64,000 nucleotides of DNA from an uncultured Phycisphaeraceae bacterium. Lineage in GTDB: Bacteria > Planctomycetota > Phycisphaerae > Phycisphaerales > UBA1924. Positions within the stretch are counted from its first letter, which is position 1. Each line of letters opens with the position of its first letter. Location: positions 12,454 to 76,453 of the forward strand of contig CAYVFW010000001.1 in the NCBI GenBank assembly GCA_964450325.1, read 5' to 3'. This document shows, piece by piece, positions 30,051 through 40,710 of the stretch. A model generated the notes under the pieces. The model was not told the DNA's origin and did no database searches. It saw only the letters and a program-made list of their open reading frames with translations. The translations under genes were made by a program, and so were the position numbers.

Positions 30051-31469
30051 CTACGTCCGCCGCGCTCTTGTGCGGGCCGCAGCGTCCAAGATCACTTGCG
30101 TTCGCTTTTGACAGTCGGCCAATAACTGAGCTGGTGGCCCCTTCTGCGTCCACACTTGCTGCATCAGCGCATCGCAGATATCCTTGAACTGCAACCAGCA
30201 CCGCGTGGGTGGGCATCGAAAGCCTCGCTCGCTATTGGCGATCTTCTCAAAGACGCGGACGCCCCGGTTGGGGTGTTCGCGAACGAAGGAGTCGCTCACT
30301 TCCGCCAGCGGCGAGTTTTTGCAGTGTACCGTGCTTAAGAACTCGACGACGTGCTGCTGCTGCGTGTAGGCGATAAACTCCATGCACGCCTCGGGATGGC
30401 GTGCGCCTTTGGGAATGACCAAAATATCGGTATCGATAAGGCCGATGGGATGAGCGGGTTGATAGAGGTGCTCGGAGACGGGGAAGGGTGCGACGCCGTA
30501 ATTAAGTTCTCTTGCGTATGCCTTGATTACATTCGCGAGCCAAGGGCCTTGCACCGCCATCGAGATTTTGCCCGACAGGAATGCATTCAGGCCCGAATCG
30601 TAATTTCCAAAGCTAGATCGAAACTTTTCGATCGCGTCGAGCGATGATCTCCGGAGCAACGCGTTCTTCGCCGTGTCCAGGGCACCGTGCCCCGCAATAC
30701 TTTCATCACCGCGCCCGAAGCGAGACGAGTAACTTTGCATCCATTCAAACGCCGCAATATTTTCCGCCGAAGCCGCGAGCGATCGATCGGTAGCAGGATC
30801 GTACATGCTACCCCCGAAGTGGTAGCCCCAGATGAACGACCACCAGCCGGGTTCAAGATGGGTAAAACCGATGCGAAGGATTTCACCCTGCGGGGAAAGC
30901 TCCGTCAAACGGTGATTCGCCGCGTTCATCTCCGCGATTGTGCGGGGAGGATTGTCAGCGCCGATTCCCGCGGCCGCAAAGTGGTCTTTATTGTAATATA
31001 ACGCCAGTGAGCCGCCCGTATTCACTGCGGCCCACACCTTTCCCGCGTAATCCATCACGGGGCGCATCGCCGCGGCGTACCGCTCAAGCCGCACCCTGTG
31101 AACTGGCTTACATTCAACCTCCGAAAGCGGGATGATCGCGTTCATATCCGCGTACGAAGGTACATTATAGTTCCACAGCCCAACGATGTCGGGTGGGTTG
31201 CCCCCCGCGATCGCCACTTGCGTCTTCTGATCGATCGCGTTCGTCGAGAAGTAACGAACAAAGAGTCGGTCCTGCGAGTCGTTAAACTCGCGGACAACCT
31301 TCTGCATCGCACGACCTTCGTGGCCGGTCCACTTCTCCCAGTAGTCAAGCACCAGCCGACCATCGCTGCGCTCTTTGCCGCCCCGAGGACCGAAGGCAAT
31401 AAAACCGAGCCCGGCTCCCCCGATGGCTACCAGCCCGGCACGCTGCAGCATCGTTCTACGGCTTAACAT
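30051..31469 (-). CDS. extracellular solute-binding protein (sugar ABC-type), twin-arginine-like signal
   Basis: N-terminal SRRTMLQRAGLVAIGGAG, then a family-1 SBP pattern LVLDYWEKWTGHEGRAMQKVVREFNDSQ...GNPPDIVGLWN. Confidence 0.82.
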   Translation of the reverse strand: MLSRRTMLQRAGLVAIGGAGLGFIAFGPRGGKERSDGRLVLDYWEKWTGHEGRAMQKVVREFNDSQDRLFVRYFSTNAIDQKTQVAIAGGNPPDIVGLWNYNVPSYADMNAIIPLSEVECKPVHRVRLERYAAAMRPVMDYAGKVWAAVNTGGSLALYYNKDHFAAAGIGADNPPRTIAEMNAANHRLTELSPQGEILRIGFTHLEPGWWSFIWGYHFGGSMYDPATDRSLAASAENIAAFEWMQSYSSRFGRGDESIAGHGALDTAKNALLRRSSLDAIEKFRSSFGNYDSGLNAFLSGKISMAVQGPWLANVIKAYARELNYGVAPFPVSEHLYQPAHPIGLIDTDILVIPKGARHPEACMEFIAYTQQQHVVEFLSTVHCKNSPLAEVSDSFVREHPNRGVRVFEKIANSERGFRCPPTRCWLQFKDICDALMQQVWTQKGPPAQLLADCQKRTQVILDAAARTRARRT

Positions 31470-31522
31470 AGTACGGTCGAATCACGGCTAAAGGCGGCGT
31501 GTTGTTGGTTCATCCTTCCAAG

Positions 31523-31969
31523 TTACTTTGGCGCAGCGGTCGTTTCGGCGGGTGCTTCGGTGGCGACCTTTGGAAGGTCGCGACGAGGCGAGGGCGCGAC
31601 GCTCATACCGCTGGAAGACTTAATTTCTGATTTCTCCTGATTTATCCGAGCAATCATTACATCCCATTCCTCCTTGTCGTAAAGGAAGCCGGTGGGCTGG
31701 TTGGTCTTCGGATTAAGGATGCCAACGCTGCCATCGATCTTCTCACCGCGCCTGCGCAACATGCGGTCTAACTCGCCGCGCGACATCTCTACGACATCAC
31801 CAGTATCCGTGAACTTAATACTTACATCTTCCCTCATTCGCTCGGGGCTGTACGGGCTTTCATTGGCGGGGGTACGGATGTAAAGATAGACCGCAACAGC
31901 TAGAATTGCCGCGGCGACGCACCAGCCAATCCAAGGAGATTTATTAACAAAGTCGCGAAACTTATTCAA
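31523..31969 (-). CDS. hypothetical N-terminally membrane-anchored protein
   Basis: 148-aa ORF with TTG start. One N-terminal TM segment (WIGWCVAAAILAVAVYLYI), then a charged soluble domain. No family recognised. Confidence 0.45.
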   Translation of the reverse strand: MNKFRDFVNKSPWIGWCVAAAILAVAVYLYIRTPANESPYSPERMREDVSIKFTDTGDVVEMSRGELDRMLRRRGEKIDGSVGILNPKTNQPTGFLYDKEEWDVMIARINQEKSEIKSSSGMSVAPSPRRDLPKVATEAPAETTAAPK

Positions 31970-32081
31970 TTTGAACAGCCTTTCTCGATCGGCCCTTATC
32001 AGATGGCCCTTCTCAAACTGGACGGAAGTAAACTTCGCTTAAACCGCGCACCACGAGGTGTATTTCTCGACGTGAATCGCC

Positions 32082-33047
<966 letters not shown>

Positions 33048-33179
33048 TTTTACTCCTAAGCAAGACCGAGCCGGAAAGAATATCCGGAAGAAGCACCTAT
33101 CTCCAAAGCCAAACTCAACAGACCGCTTCCATCACAGTAAACTTCATCGGACCCCGCACCCGCCAGCCATCACCACGAA

Positions 33180-35696
33180 TCAAACCTTGACTCGCTGGGA
33201 AGTAGACTTGACATCGACATGCGCGGTTGAAGGTGGCACTTCAGCGGGCCACACCACTTCGACCTCAATGGCAACGCCGCGCTGCCGCGCTACTGCAACT
33301 AGTTCATCGTCAAGCACACCGTCTGGAACTGTCACGCCATCGGCCTTTACGATGGCGCATCTTCCCTCACTGAACTCAGTGGAATCAAAGTTAACGCGGA
33401 TCTCTACTCCTCGATACCACCGAGAAACCCGCACGGTTCCCAAATCGCGCGGTGGACACGGGTCGATTGCTAAGCCTTCCCACGTCGGACGGATACCTAG
33501 CAGGTGCTCCAAGCAGATCCGATTGAGCCACGCAGCCGAGCCAGTATACCACGTCCACCCAGCTCGGCCCGGAGTGTCGGAGAGCGGCCCATCCACATTT
33601 CCCGGCAACACGAAGGGTTCGGCGTAGTACTCCCGTGCTTCTTTCGCACGAGTTGGCGGCGCGATGCTATTCCAAATGCGAGAAACTGAATTTGGATCTT
33701 TCATCTTGCACGCCGCCGCGAGTGCCCAAGTAGCGGCATGCATGTACACCCCGCCGTTCTCGCGGCTTCCCGGAGAATAGCGAGTGACGTATCCAATTGT
33801 GGGATCGGGGATCGTGTACGCGGGATGAATCAGCAGCGGACCGTAATCTGTTAGTAAGTTTTCCTTCACCGCATCCCAGGCCTTCAAAGCTCGATCTTGA
33901 GGGGCAACGTCGGCGAGGATTGACCAGGTTTGAGGATTGAGGTGCAACTTACCTTCAGGCGAACTCGAAGCGCCGACCCATTCCCCGGAGTCTTTGGTGC
34001 CATATTTATAATAACCCTTTTCATCCCACGCGAGCGTATTAATTGCCTGGCGGTACCGCTCGCTAGTTGCACGATAATCCGCCGCCTGTTCGAGCGAACC
34101 GCAGCGAGCGCAAATGACTTCCCAGTCTTGGAGAATCCTGCAGAAGAACATCGCGAGCCAGACGCTCTCCCCCTTTTCGTCAATCCCCATCGCGGAGAGC
34201 CCATCATTCCAGTCGCAGCTACCGATAAACGGAAGCCCGCGTTCACTCGTTCGTTTGATAGTTCGTGCGATGCTTCGCCGACAGTGTTCCGCGATGGTCC
34301 CACCCCCAGAATCATCGACGAAGACTGCGGTTTCGTCAAGGATTGAAAGGTCGCCGGTTTCACGAATGTAAGCAGAAACCACGAAAGGTAACCATAAGTA
34401 ATCATCGCTGCACGCGGTATGATTGCCAAAGTCCGCTAGCGCGTGCCACCAGTGGTAAACGCTCCCATCGCTAAACTGCCTCGCGGCGTGAAGCAAAATC
34501 TGCCGCTTGCACCCTGCGGGATCTAGCGGAAGCCACACCTGGCTGTCCTGCAGCTGATCGCGAAAACCGTATGCTCCGGACTGCTGATAATAACCTGTCC
34601 GGCCCCAAAGCCGGGCGCTGATTGCCTGGTACGGGAGCCAGTAATTATTCAGCAAATCAAAGTCGGCCCGACCTGTTGAGACCTTGGTTTTTGCAACAAT
34701 TCGGTCCCAGTCGGTGCGACTGCTGGAATGAGCAGCCGCGGCGTTTGACTCGATCCCGAAGTGGTCGATCGTTGACAGGACCTCGGCTTGGTCTTTTCCG
34801 ATCGCCAAAGTGAAGTAGAGCACCACAGTCTCACCCGGCTTAAGTGTAAGTTCTCCTCCTAACCCCGCCACCGCATCGCCAAAGCGTCCGAACCCACCCA
34901 CCAGAGTTGAGGAGACATCGCTTGGGATTCCGCGCCGCATTGCGGCCGGGCTGGCAGTACTTCCGTATTTCCCTAAAAATAGTTCTTTGTCGGCGATTGC
35001 TAGATCGCGCTCAAACCGGCCTGCACCCTTACCGCTTACCGCGAATGCCGCGACGTAAGGCCAAGGACGATTCCAATGTTCTCGCTCGTTCTTAGGGCGA
35101 ATATCCCACATGTTCTTGTGCGCGATAATCGCCTTTCTCGCGGCGTCATGCTTCACATCGAAGAACAACCGATGAAACTCTCGCTTTACGTCGGGGGCAG
35201 TGTTGCAACACCATTCGAAGTAAGCGCCCAGCCGGAGTGTCCGAGTGCGTGCGGATTCATTCGTGAGCGCTACGGACCAGACTTCCGCCGCGTGAGTGTG
35301 GGAGACCGTCAGAGCCCACTTCGCCCGGATTCCGGCGTATCGCGTCTCGAAGGTTGTCTTGCCGATTTCATGAACGCAGGCATAACTGTCGTATTTGACC
35401 TGGCAGGGCTGGGGCGACAGGGACCAGAGGTCGCCACTTTCAACATCCGCGAGATACAGGAACTTTCCGTAGCAATCGCGGACCATGTCCATTTCCCAAC
35501 GGGTCAGGACGTTGTGCTGCGCATCATCAAACCAGGAAAAACCACCACCATTTTGGCTGATAACCAATCCGTAGCGTCCCGTACAAATGACGTTGACCCA
35601 AGGCATGGGCGTGTTCGAATCGGTAATCCGATAGGAGCGGCCGCCATCTTCGAAATGTCCGAACTCGTTGGTAAGTTGTGAGATAGATGTGGTCAT
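33180..35696 (-). CDS. GH94-family glycoside phosphorylase (cellobiose/chitobiose/beta-glucan phosphorylase-like)
   Basis: N-terminus FEDGGRSYRITDSNTPMPWVNVICTGRYGLVISQNGGGFSWFDDAQHNVLTRWEMDMVRD and catalytic-region pattern CSDDYLWLPFVVSAYIRETGD. About 838 aa counted from ATG 35696. Confidence 0.85.
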   Translation of the reverse strand: MTTSISQLTNEFGHFEDGGRSYRITDSNTPMPWVNVICTGRYGLVISQNGGGFSWFDDAQHNVLTRWEMDMVRDCYGKFLYLADVESGDLWSLSPQPCQVKYDSYACVHEIGKTTFETRYAGIRAKWALTVSHTHAAEVWSVALTNESARTRTLRLGAYFEWCCNTAPDVKREFHRLFFDVKHDAARKAIIAHKNMWDIRPKNEREHWNRPWPYVAAFAVSGKGAGRFERDLAIADKELFLGKYGSTASPAAMRRGIPSDVSSTLVGGFGRFGDAVAGLGGELTLKPGETVVLYFTLAIGKDQAEVLSTIDHFGIESNAAAAHSSSRTDWDRIVAKTKVSTGRADFDLLNNYWLPYQAISARLWGRTGYYQQSGAYGFRDQLQDSQVWLPLDPAGCKRQILLHAARQFSDGSVYHWWHALADFGNHTACSDDYLWLPFVVSAYIRETGDLSILDETAVFVDDSGGGTIAEHCRRSIARTIKRTSERGLPFIGSCDWNDGLSAMGIDEKGESVWLAMFFCRILQDWEVICARCGSLEQAADYRATSERYRQAINTLAWDEKGYYKYGTKDSGEWVGASSSPEGKLHLNPQTWSILADVAPQDRALKAWDAVKENLLTDYGPLLIHPAYTIPDPTIGYVTRYSPGSRENGGVYMHAATWALAAACKMKDPNSVSRIWNSIAPPTRAKEAREYYAEPFVLPGNVDGPLSDTPGRAGWTWYTGSAAWLNRICLEHLLGIRPTWEGLAIDPCPPRDLGTVRVSRWYRGVEIRVNFDSTEFSEGRCAIVKADGVTVPDGVLDDELVAVARQRGVAIEVEVVWPAEVPPSTAHVDVKSTSQRVKV

Positions 35697-35900
35697 CGAA
35701 GGTTCTTTCCGGGTCAGGCTGCACTCGAAAGATTTGGGAGGCAATCCACCCGGCGACTGAAAACGCTTTCAGTATGAGCGACTCGGGATGGAATGTCAAT
35801 AGTCAACCTCAGGCTTTTTGGACTTTTGGAGAATGTTTTCGGTTTTGATAGTGGTTTGTTTGCATCTGCGACAATTGTTGCGACGAATGAAGATTGTTCT

Positions 35901-35919
35901 TGCAACCGTAACGGTTTCA
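35901..35919. promoter_or_regulatory. 19-bp near-perfect palindrome TGCAACCGTAACGGTTTCA, candidate operator
   Basis: Read directly: 16 of 18 symmetric positions, core AACCGT-A-ACGGTT. Lies in the AT-richer 330-nt divergent region between the GH94 gene and the dockerin-protein gene. Confidence 0.4.
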
Positions 35920-36026
35920 CACCATAATGTAAAGGCTTTCACGGGTGCAATTTTTAGCTCCCGTCCGGACGTACGTATTAGCCACGCTCCACACACTCGC
36001 TTGGTCACTTTCACGGAGGCCGCCTC

Positions 36027-36977
36027 ATGCAGAATCAGTCCAACTTTCAGAAGAACACTTGCCTAATGGCACGGCTGGGTTTATCCGCAGGCGTCGCGTT
36101 ATTGACCGTTGCGGGGAACGCCTCTGCTCAAACAAACTGCCCCGCCGCGACTCCCGATAACTGTCTCACTAATCCCGGCTTTGAAGCACTCGACCAGTTT
36201 AGCTCACTCGCTGACCCAGTGGGCTGGCACTCGCTGGGCAACGACAGCACCGCTCGGCGCCGAACCGCTGACGATGGCTTGCTTCCCCCGGCTCAGATTC
36301 GCAACGGCATCGCGTCGATGATGGTCAAGACCCCTGGCGATGGCGACTTCCGTGGTTTTACGACGGACTGGCGTAACTTCACGCAGGCTGGTTTTCCGTT
36401 TTACGATCCGCGGTTCGACTACGAGGGAGGCGATGTTGTCGTGTCGGGTTATTATTACATTCCTATTGATGCCCCCATCGTGGGCGACTTTGCCTTCATT
36501 AAACTGAATGTGAAGCGCGGGAATCAGGATTACGCAACCTACGACGCTTTGGTCGAAGGCCGTCCCGAAGAGATCATCAGCGGCCACACCGATAACCAGT
36601 GGCGCTATTACGAAATCCGCTGGGCGATCGCCGATATCATCGCCGAATGTGAGTTTAACCGCGATGAGGGTTTCTTTACTCTCCCTCCAAACCCCGATCA
36701 TCTTAAGATTACGGCTGGTCGCTTCGGCTTCGGCGTTCCGGAAAGCTCGGGTGTCATCTTCTGGGACGACTTGGGATTCCGCCAGGAAGAGCCCGGCACC
36801 GGATGTGAGTGTGCAGCGGATTACGACGTAAGCGGCGGCGTGGATGGCTCGGATATCGAGGCTTTCTTTACTGACTGGGCCGCAAGCCTCGGCTGCGCCG
36901 ACGTCAATGAGGACGGCGGGATCGATGGAACCGACGTCGAAGCATTCTTCTTGCTCTGGTCTGCGGGCGGCTGCTAA
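36027..36977 (+). CDS. secreted CBM-like beta-sandwich protein with C-terminal GC-type dockerin-like anchor
   Basis: GGAGG Shine-Dalgarno and a signal peptide ending NASAQ. NPGFE...W jelly-roll-like N-domain. C-terminus has two D-x-D/N-x-D-G calcium-loop-like repeats (DVSGGVDGSDIEAFF and DVNEDGGIDGTDVEAFF) and ends in GGC. Confidence 0.7.
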   Translation: MQNQSNFQKNTCLMARLGLSAGVALLTVAGNASAQTNCPAATPDNCLTNPGFEALDQFSSLADPVGWHSLGNDSTARRRTADDGLLPPAQIRNGIASMMVKTPGDGDFRGFTTDWRNFTQAGFPFYDPRFDYEGGDVVVSGYYYIPIDAPIVGDFAFIKLNVKRGNQDYATYDALVEGRPEEIISGHTDNQWRYYEIRWAIADIIAECEFNRDEGFFTLPPNPDHLKITAGRFGFGVPESSGVIFWDDLGFRQEEPGTGCECAADYDVSGGVDGSDIEAFFTDWAASLGCADVNEDGGIDGTDVEAFFLLWSAGGC

Positions 36978-37052
36978 AAGCCTGCCAGATGCCTAGCGGG
37001 CTGGGTGGGGGCAGGCAGCACGTACATATCATGACATTGCTATCGCAACCCG

Positions 37053-37081
37053 AAAGGGCCTTCTGTCGAAGGCCCTTTTTT
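37053..37081 (+). terminator. rho-independent terminator after the dockerin-protein gene
   Basis: Hairpin AAAGGGCCTTC-tgtc-GAAGGCCCTTT followed by additional T residues. Lies 76 nt after the stop, between convergent genes. Confidence 0.75.
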
Positions 37082-37107
37082 ACTTGTTCCGTAGCCAGGA
37101 CTTATAT

Positions 37108-37872
37108 TTAACCGTGAGCCGCTGGTCGAGCGCGGCTTGCGGCCGCGCCTGCAAGCAATAGCTGCAGGTTCGCGAGGAGTAGCTCGCGCACGCCCGCGAA
37201 CGAGGGCAACGCGGCCTTAGGCTGGCGCTGGCTAATCACGCGATGTAAACTGGTAACGCTCCGCCCCACCAGCCCGCACGGCACGATGTGATCGAAGTGG
37301 GCGAGATTTGTACTTATATTAAGAGCCAGCCCGTGCATCGTAACCCACTTGCGCACCCGCACTCCCATCGCGCATGCTTTGGCACCGGCGATAAAGACTC
37401 CGGTCGCAGCGGCGTCCCTGTCCGCCACGATTCCCTCTACCTCCACCCCCACCCGCATCTGGGCGCAGGTATCGATGACCGCCTGCTCAAGCAGACGCAT
37501 GTAGCTGTGCAATCCCAGGCCGATGCGCTGAATATCGATAATCGGATACACAACCAGTTGGCCCGGGCCGTGATACGTTATGTCCCCGCCACGATCGGTC
37601 TCTCTTACCTGTATCCCGTCGGCATTGAGTGCTGCCGTGGTCGCAAGCAGGTGAAAGCCCGCGCCCGGCCGACGACTGATCGTAATCACGGCGGGACTAT
37701 GCACGACCGTTAGAATATAACCCATGGGGTGCGGCCCGGGATTCTGGGCACGCCAAGAGAGGACCTCCTCAACCCGCGCGACTTGCACCGCGTAGGCATC
37801 GTCATAATTCATTTCCCCCAGATCTATTATGATCGGGGGGGTCGGCGTCTCGCTCGGCTCAAGCATGCGCAC
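37108..37872 (-). CDS. lipB: lipoyl(octanoyl) transferase
   Basis: LipB signature RGGDITYHGPGQLVVYPI and the downstream KxxAxG segment (GAKACAMGVRV). Confidence 0.92.
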   Translation of the reverse strand: MRMLEPSETPTPPIIIDLGEMNYDDAYAVQVARVEEVLSWRAQNPGPHPMGYILTVVHSPAVITISRRPGAGFHLLATTAALNADGIQVRETDRGGDITYHGPGQLVVYPIIDIQRIGLGLHSYMRLLEQAVIDTCAQMRVGVEVEGIVADRDAAATGVFIAGAKACAMGVRVRKWVTMHGLALNISTNLAHFDHIVPCGLVGRSVTSLHRVISQRQPKAALPSFAGVRELLLANLQLLLAGAAASRARPAAHG

Positions 37873-39826
37873 CTTCCCCGCCCTTTACTTTCTCCCACCA
37901 CGCCGCACGGATCGCCGCTTCCCATTTCTGCGCGTAACCGACGCTGTCACACAAAGGCGAACTTAACAGTTGATTTCGTAACAATTCCCGTTGGGGTTGC
38001 GAAGCAAAAACACGCAAACTGGCAAGTCCTGCGGCGATCGACACATACTCGGCTTTGGAGGATGCAACCCACTCCGGGTGCCCCGCGGCGGATAACAGCG
38101 AAATGCCCACCCGAGCCGCGTGCCGGTCACCGGCCAAAGTAACCACCGGGACACCCATAAGCAGTGCTTCGCATGTCGTTGTTGTGCCATGGTAAGGAAA
38201 TGTGTCCAGGGCGACATCGACTTGGTTGTAAGCCAGCATATGTTCAGCGTGAGAATCAAGGTGAGCACTTAACTCAACACGGTCGGCGGGCAGGCCCAGC
38301 TCCCCCAGCCGCCTCACGATAAATCGCGATCGCTCTCCAGGCTTGACACCCGCCGATTTAAGCACGAGGATTGCACCCGGGACTGCGTCAAGCACCGCTC
38401 GCCAGAGCGCGATGCACGTTGGCGACCACTTTGCAACCGAGTTAAAGCTGCCAAAACGAACGCGGCTTACTCCACTATCGCCCCTCTCTATTGCGGGCAG
38501 GGGCGAGGTTGGCTCATAACACAAGAAGCATGGATCAACGAGTATGTTTTGTTCAACGCCCCGCGGAGCTGGCTGCCCCCCGCTCGGAATTATAATATCA
38601 ACTTTGTTCAGGCTCGCGGGAGGGTCGGTAAGCAGATCCACCACCCGGGCATCCACCCCCGGAACACCGGTTGCATGGGCGTAGCCCATCGCGGTTACCT
38701 GTACAGTGGCAAGGCGACGTGTTAACAACTGCAAGCGGCTGTTCTGCGTGTGGCCGCTTAAGTCGACGAGGATATCGAACTCCTGCGAGTGCAGAGCCAG
38801 CGCAGCTTCGCCGTCGTTCATTGCACTTATGTCGAACCAGCCTGCGGCGTCCCGCTTCGGACCGGCAGAAGTTCGCCCTTTTGAGGTCCGGCGCGAGTCA
38901 GGGTTCGCGCGGGAATCGTGGTCCGACGACCAAAAACTCGCAGCGACTTCTTGACATCGCTGTGTAACCGAATCATGGCGATGACTGAGTTGAACGCAAG
39001 TGAGGGCGACCTTGGACCGGTCAAGGTTTGCTGCCAAAGATAACCAAAATCGCATCACCGCGTGGTCGCGAAAATCGGCCGAGAGAAAGCCGATGTGCAG
39101 CCGTCGCGAATGGGCGGAGCCATCCGACCGCTCCAACGCAGTGCCCCGCCGCGGTAGCGGGATCGATCCTTGCTGAGACCGGGCCAACGCACCGCCGAAC
39201 ATAATATGTAACTTATCTAAATCGGCGGTTGTTATATCGTCGGCGTAGACACACATCGGTGTCAGCACCGCTAACGTAAGCAAATCGCCTGGATACCGGG
39301 CCAGGGTGCTCCGGAGCAACTGCCGGGCTTCGTCAGCGCGCAACAAGCGAGGTAGGATGCCGGCCAGCGTCGTCGCTAGGAGGGGAGGTGAGACCGAACA
39401 GGCCGCGCTTCCCAAGGAAAGCAAGTGCCGTAACGTAAACTCGGCCGCTTCAAAATCTTCGAGCTGCACATTCGCCGCGGCAGTGTTGAACTGAGCGTTG
39501 CACCAGGATTGATGGCCAGCTGGTACCTGTGAAAGGAGCTCAATCGCCCGCGCTGGCTGACTTAATCCCACCAGAATCGCGCCGAACATCGATGCGATCT
39601 CGGGGTCGCCTGGCCGAAGTTTCCACGCTCGCTCAAATGAGTAGAGGGCCTGATCGCCGCGTCGGGTCTGTCCAAGGACTGCGCCCAAAACAGCCAAAAC
39701 CCCGGCGTCATTGGGTTGAAGCTGCAAGTGGGCACGCAGGACCGTCTCGGCGCGAGGGAAGTCTCGCGCCCGCCGCGCTGCGTTCGCTCGCTCAATCACT
39801 TGGTTAGATACGGATGACGTTGCCAA
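37859..39826 (-). CDS. TPR-repeat protein with C-terminal GT41-like (SPINDLY/O-GlcNAc-transferase-type) glycosyltransferase domain
   Basis: N-terminal TPR-like helices. C-terminal pattern FGSFNSVAKWSPTCIALWRAVLDAVPGAILVLKS and DVALDTFPYHGTTTTCEALLMGVPVVTL. TTG start. The 3' end overlaps the lipB start by 14 nt. Confidence 0.72.
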   Translation of the reverse strand: MATSSVSNQVIERANAARRARDFPRAETVLRAHLQLQPNDAGVLAVLGAVLGQTRRGDQALYSFERAWKLRPGDPEIASMFGAILVGLSQPARAIELLSQVPAGHQSWCNAQFNTAAANVQLEDFEAAEFTLRHLLSLGSAACSVSPPLLATTLAGILPRLLRADEARQLLRSTLARYPGDLLTLAVLTPMCVYADDITTADLDKLHIMFGGALARSQQGSIPLPRRGTALERSDGSAHSRRLHIGFLSADFRDHAVMRFWLSLAANLDRSKVALTCVQLSHRHDSVTQRCQEVAASFWSSDHDSRANPDSRRTSKGRTSAGPKRDAAGWFDISAMNDGEAALALHSQEFDILVDLSGHTQNSRLQLLTRRLATVQVTAMGYAHATGVPGVDARVVDLLTDPPASLNKVDIIIPSGGQPAPRGVEQNILVDPCFLCYEPTSPLPAIERGDSGVSRVRFGSFNSVAKWSPTCIALWRAVLDAVPGAILVLKSAGVKPGERSRFIVRRLGELGLPADRVELSAHLDSHAEHMLAYNQVDVALDTFPYHGTTTTCEALLMGVPVVTLAGDRHAARVGISLLSAAGHPEWVASSKAEYVSIAAGLASLRVFASQPQRELLRNQLLSSPLCDSVGYAQKWEAAIRAAWWEKVKGGEGAHA

Positions 39827-40446
39827 CTGCCTAAGCGTAACCGGTTAGCAGCCTAAGCTCCAAAGCGGAGGAATGATTCCAAATCGCTCCCGCCCACGGC
39901 TGCGTAATCGGCGCTGGCCGGAAGTAGCAGGGGCAGGTTTAGAATCCCCGCAATTTCGCTCGCGAGCGATGGAATCAGCAGTCTTGGCCACAAAAGAAGA
40001 CGAACTGCGTCACCTCCAAGCAGTCAACCGCACCATCGCCACTCACATCGGCGGCTGGGAGCCCCTTCTGCCAATCGCTGAAGAAAGCTGGCTGTCAGCA
40101 TTCCGACGCCGGATTGATTTCTCGGACGCGGGAACCCTCGTCGGGAAAGGCAGACCCTTGGCTCGCCGACTGCCTATCATTCACCGAGCGTCGAAAGGAT
40201 TCTCGATCGGGCCGTACCCATTCGGGAATTCTTCCGGGAGCAACAACATGACTTGTATGGTTTTCACCCATGCTCTTTAACTGGCCCAACTCGCAACCTT
40301 CACGCCTTCGGCGGGATGGGTGTTTCGTTGGGATCGCAGAGGGGATGCCCGTGCATTAGACCCGTGCTACCACGATCTAACGCCGGCACGCTCTGAGCGG
40401 TCGGTTCCGGTTCTCGCCTTAACGGGCGCAGAATTTCGGGGGTGAG

Positions 40447-40481
40447 AGCCACAGGCGATGCTTGTGGCTTTGTCGTTTTTT
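40447..40481 (+). terminator. orphan rho-independent terminator upstream of nusA
   Basis: 9-bp stem AGCCACAGG-cgatg-CTTGTGGCT (one G-U pair) followed by the U-rich tail TTGTCGTTTTTT. No well-supported gene ends nearby. Confidence 0.55.
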
Positions 40482-40686
40482 GTCGGTGACCCGGTCGCTG
40501 GAGCTTAACGCTCGTGTGATACAAGAGAGCTGAGATAGGGTCAGATGCAGGGGGTTTTGGGCTTTAAGTGTGCGGCACCGGGAATTTCTGCACTCAGCAG
40601 GTAGATTGAATTGGTGTGGGGTTGGTCCGAAACTGGGGTGAGTCGTTGGTAGCGAGAGAATTTTGGGCGGACGGCACAGTTGGCTT

Positions 40687-40710
40687 CGTCTGGTATCGTC
40701 TGGTATCGTC
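40687..40710. repeat. tandem 10-nt repeat (CGTCTGGTAT x2 plus CGTC)
   Basis: Read directly. Lies about 70 nt upstream of the nusA start and just upstream of a TTGACA hexamer. Confidence 0.85.
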
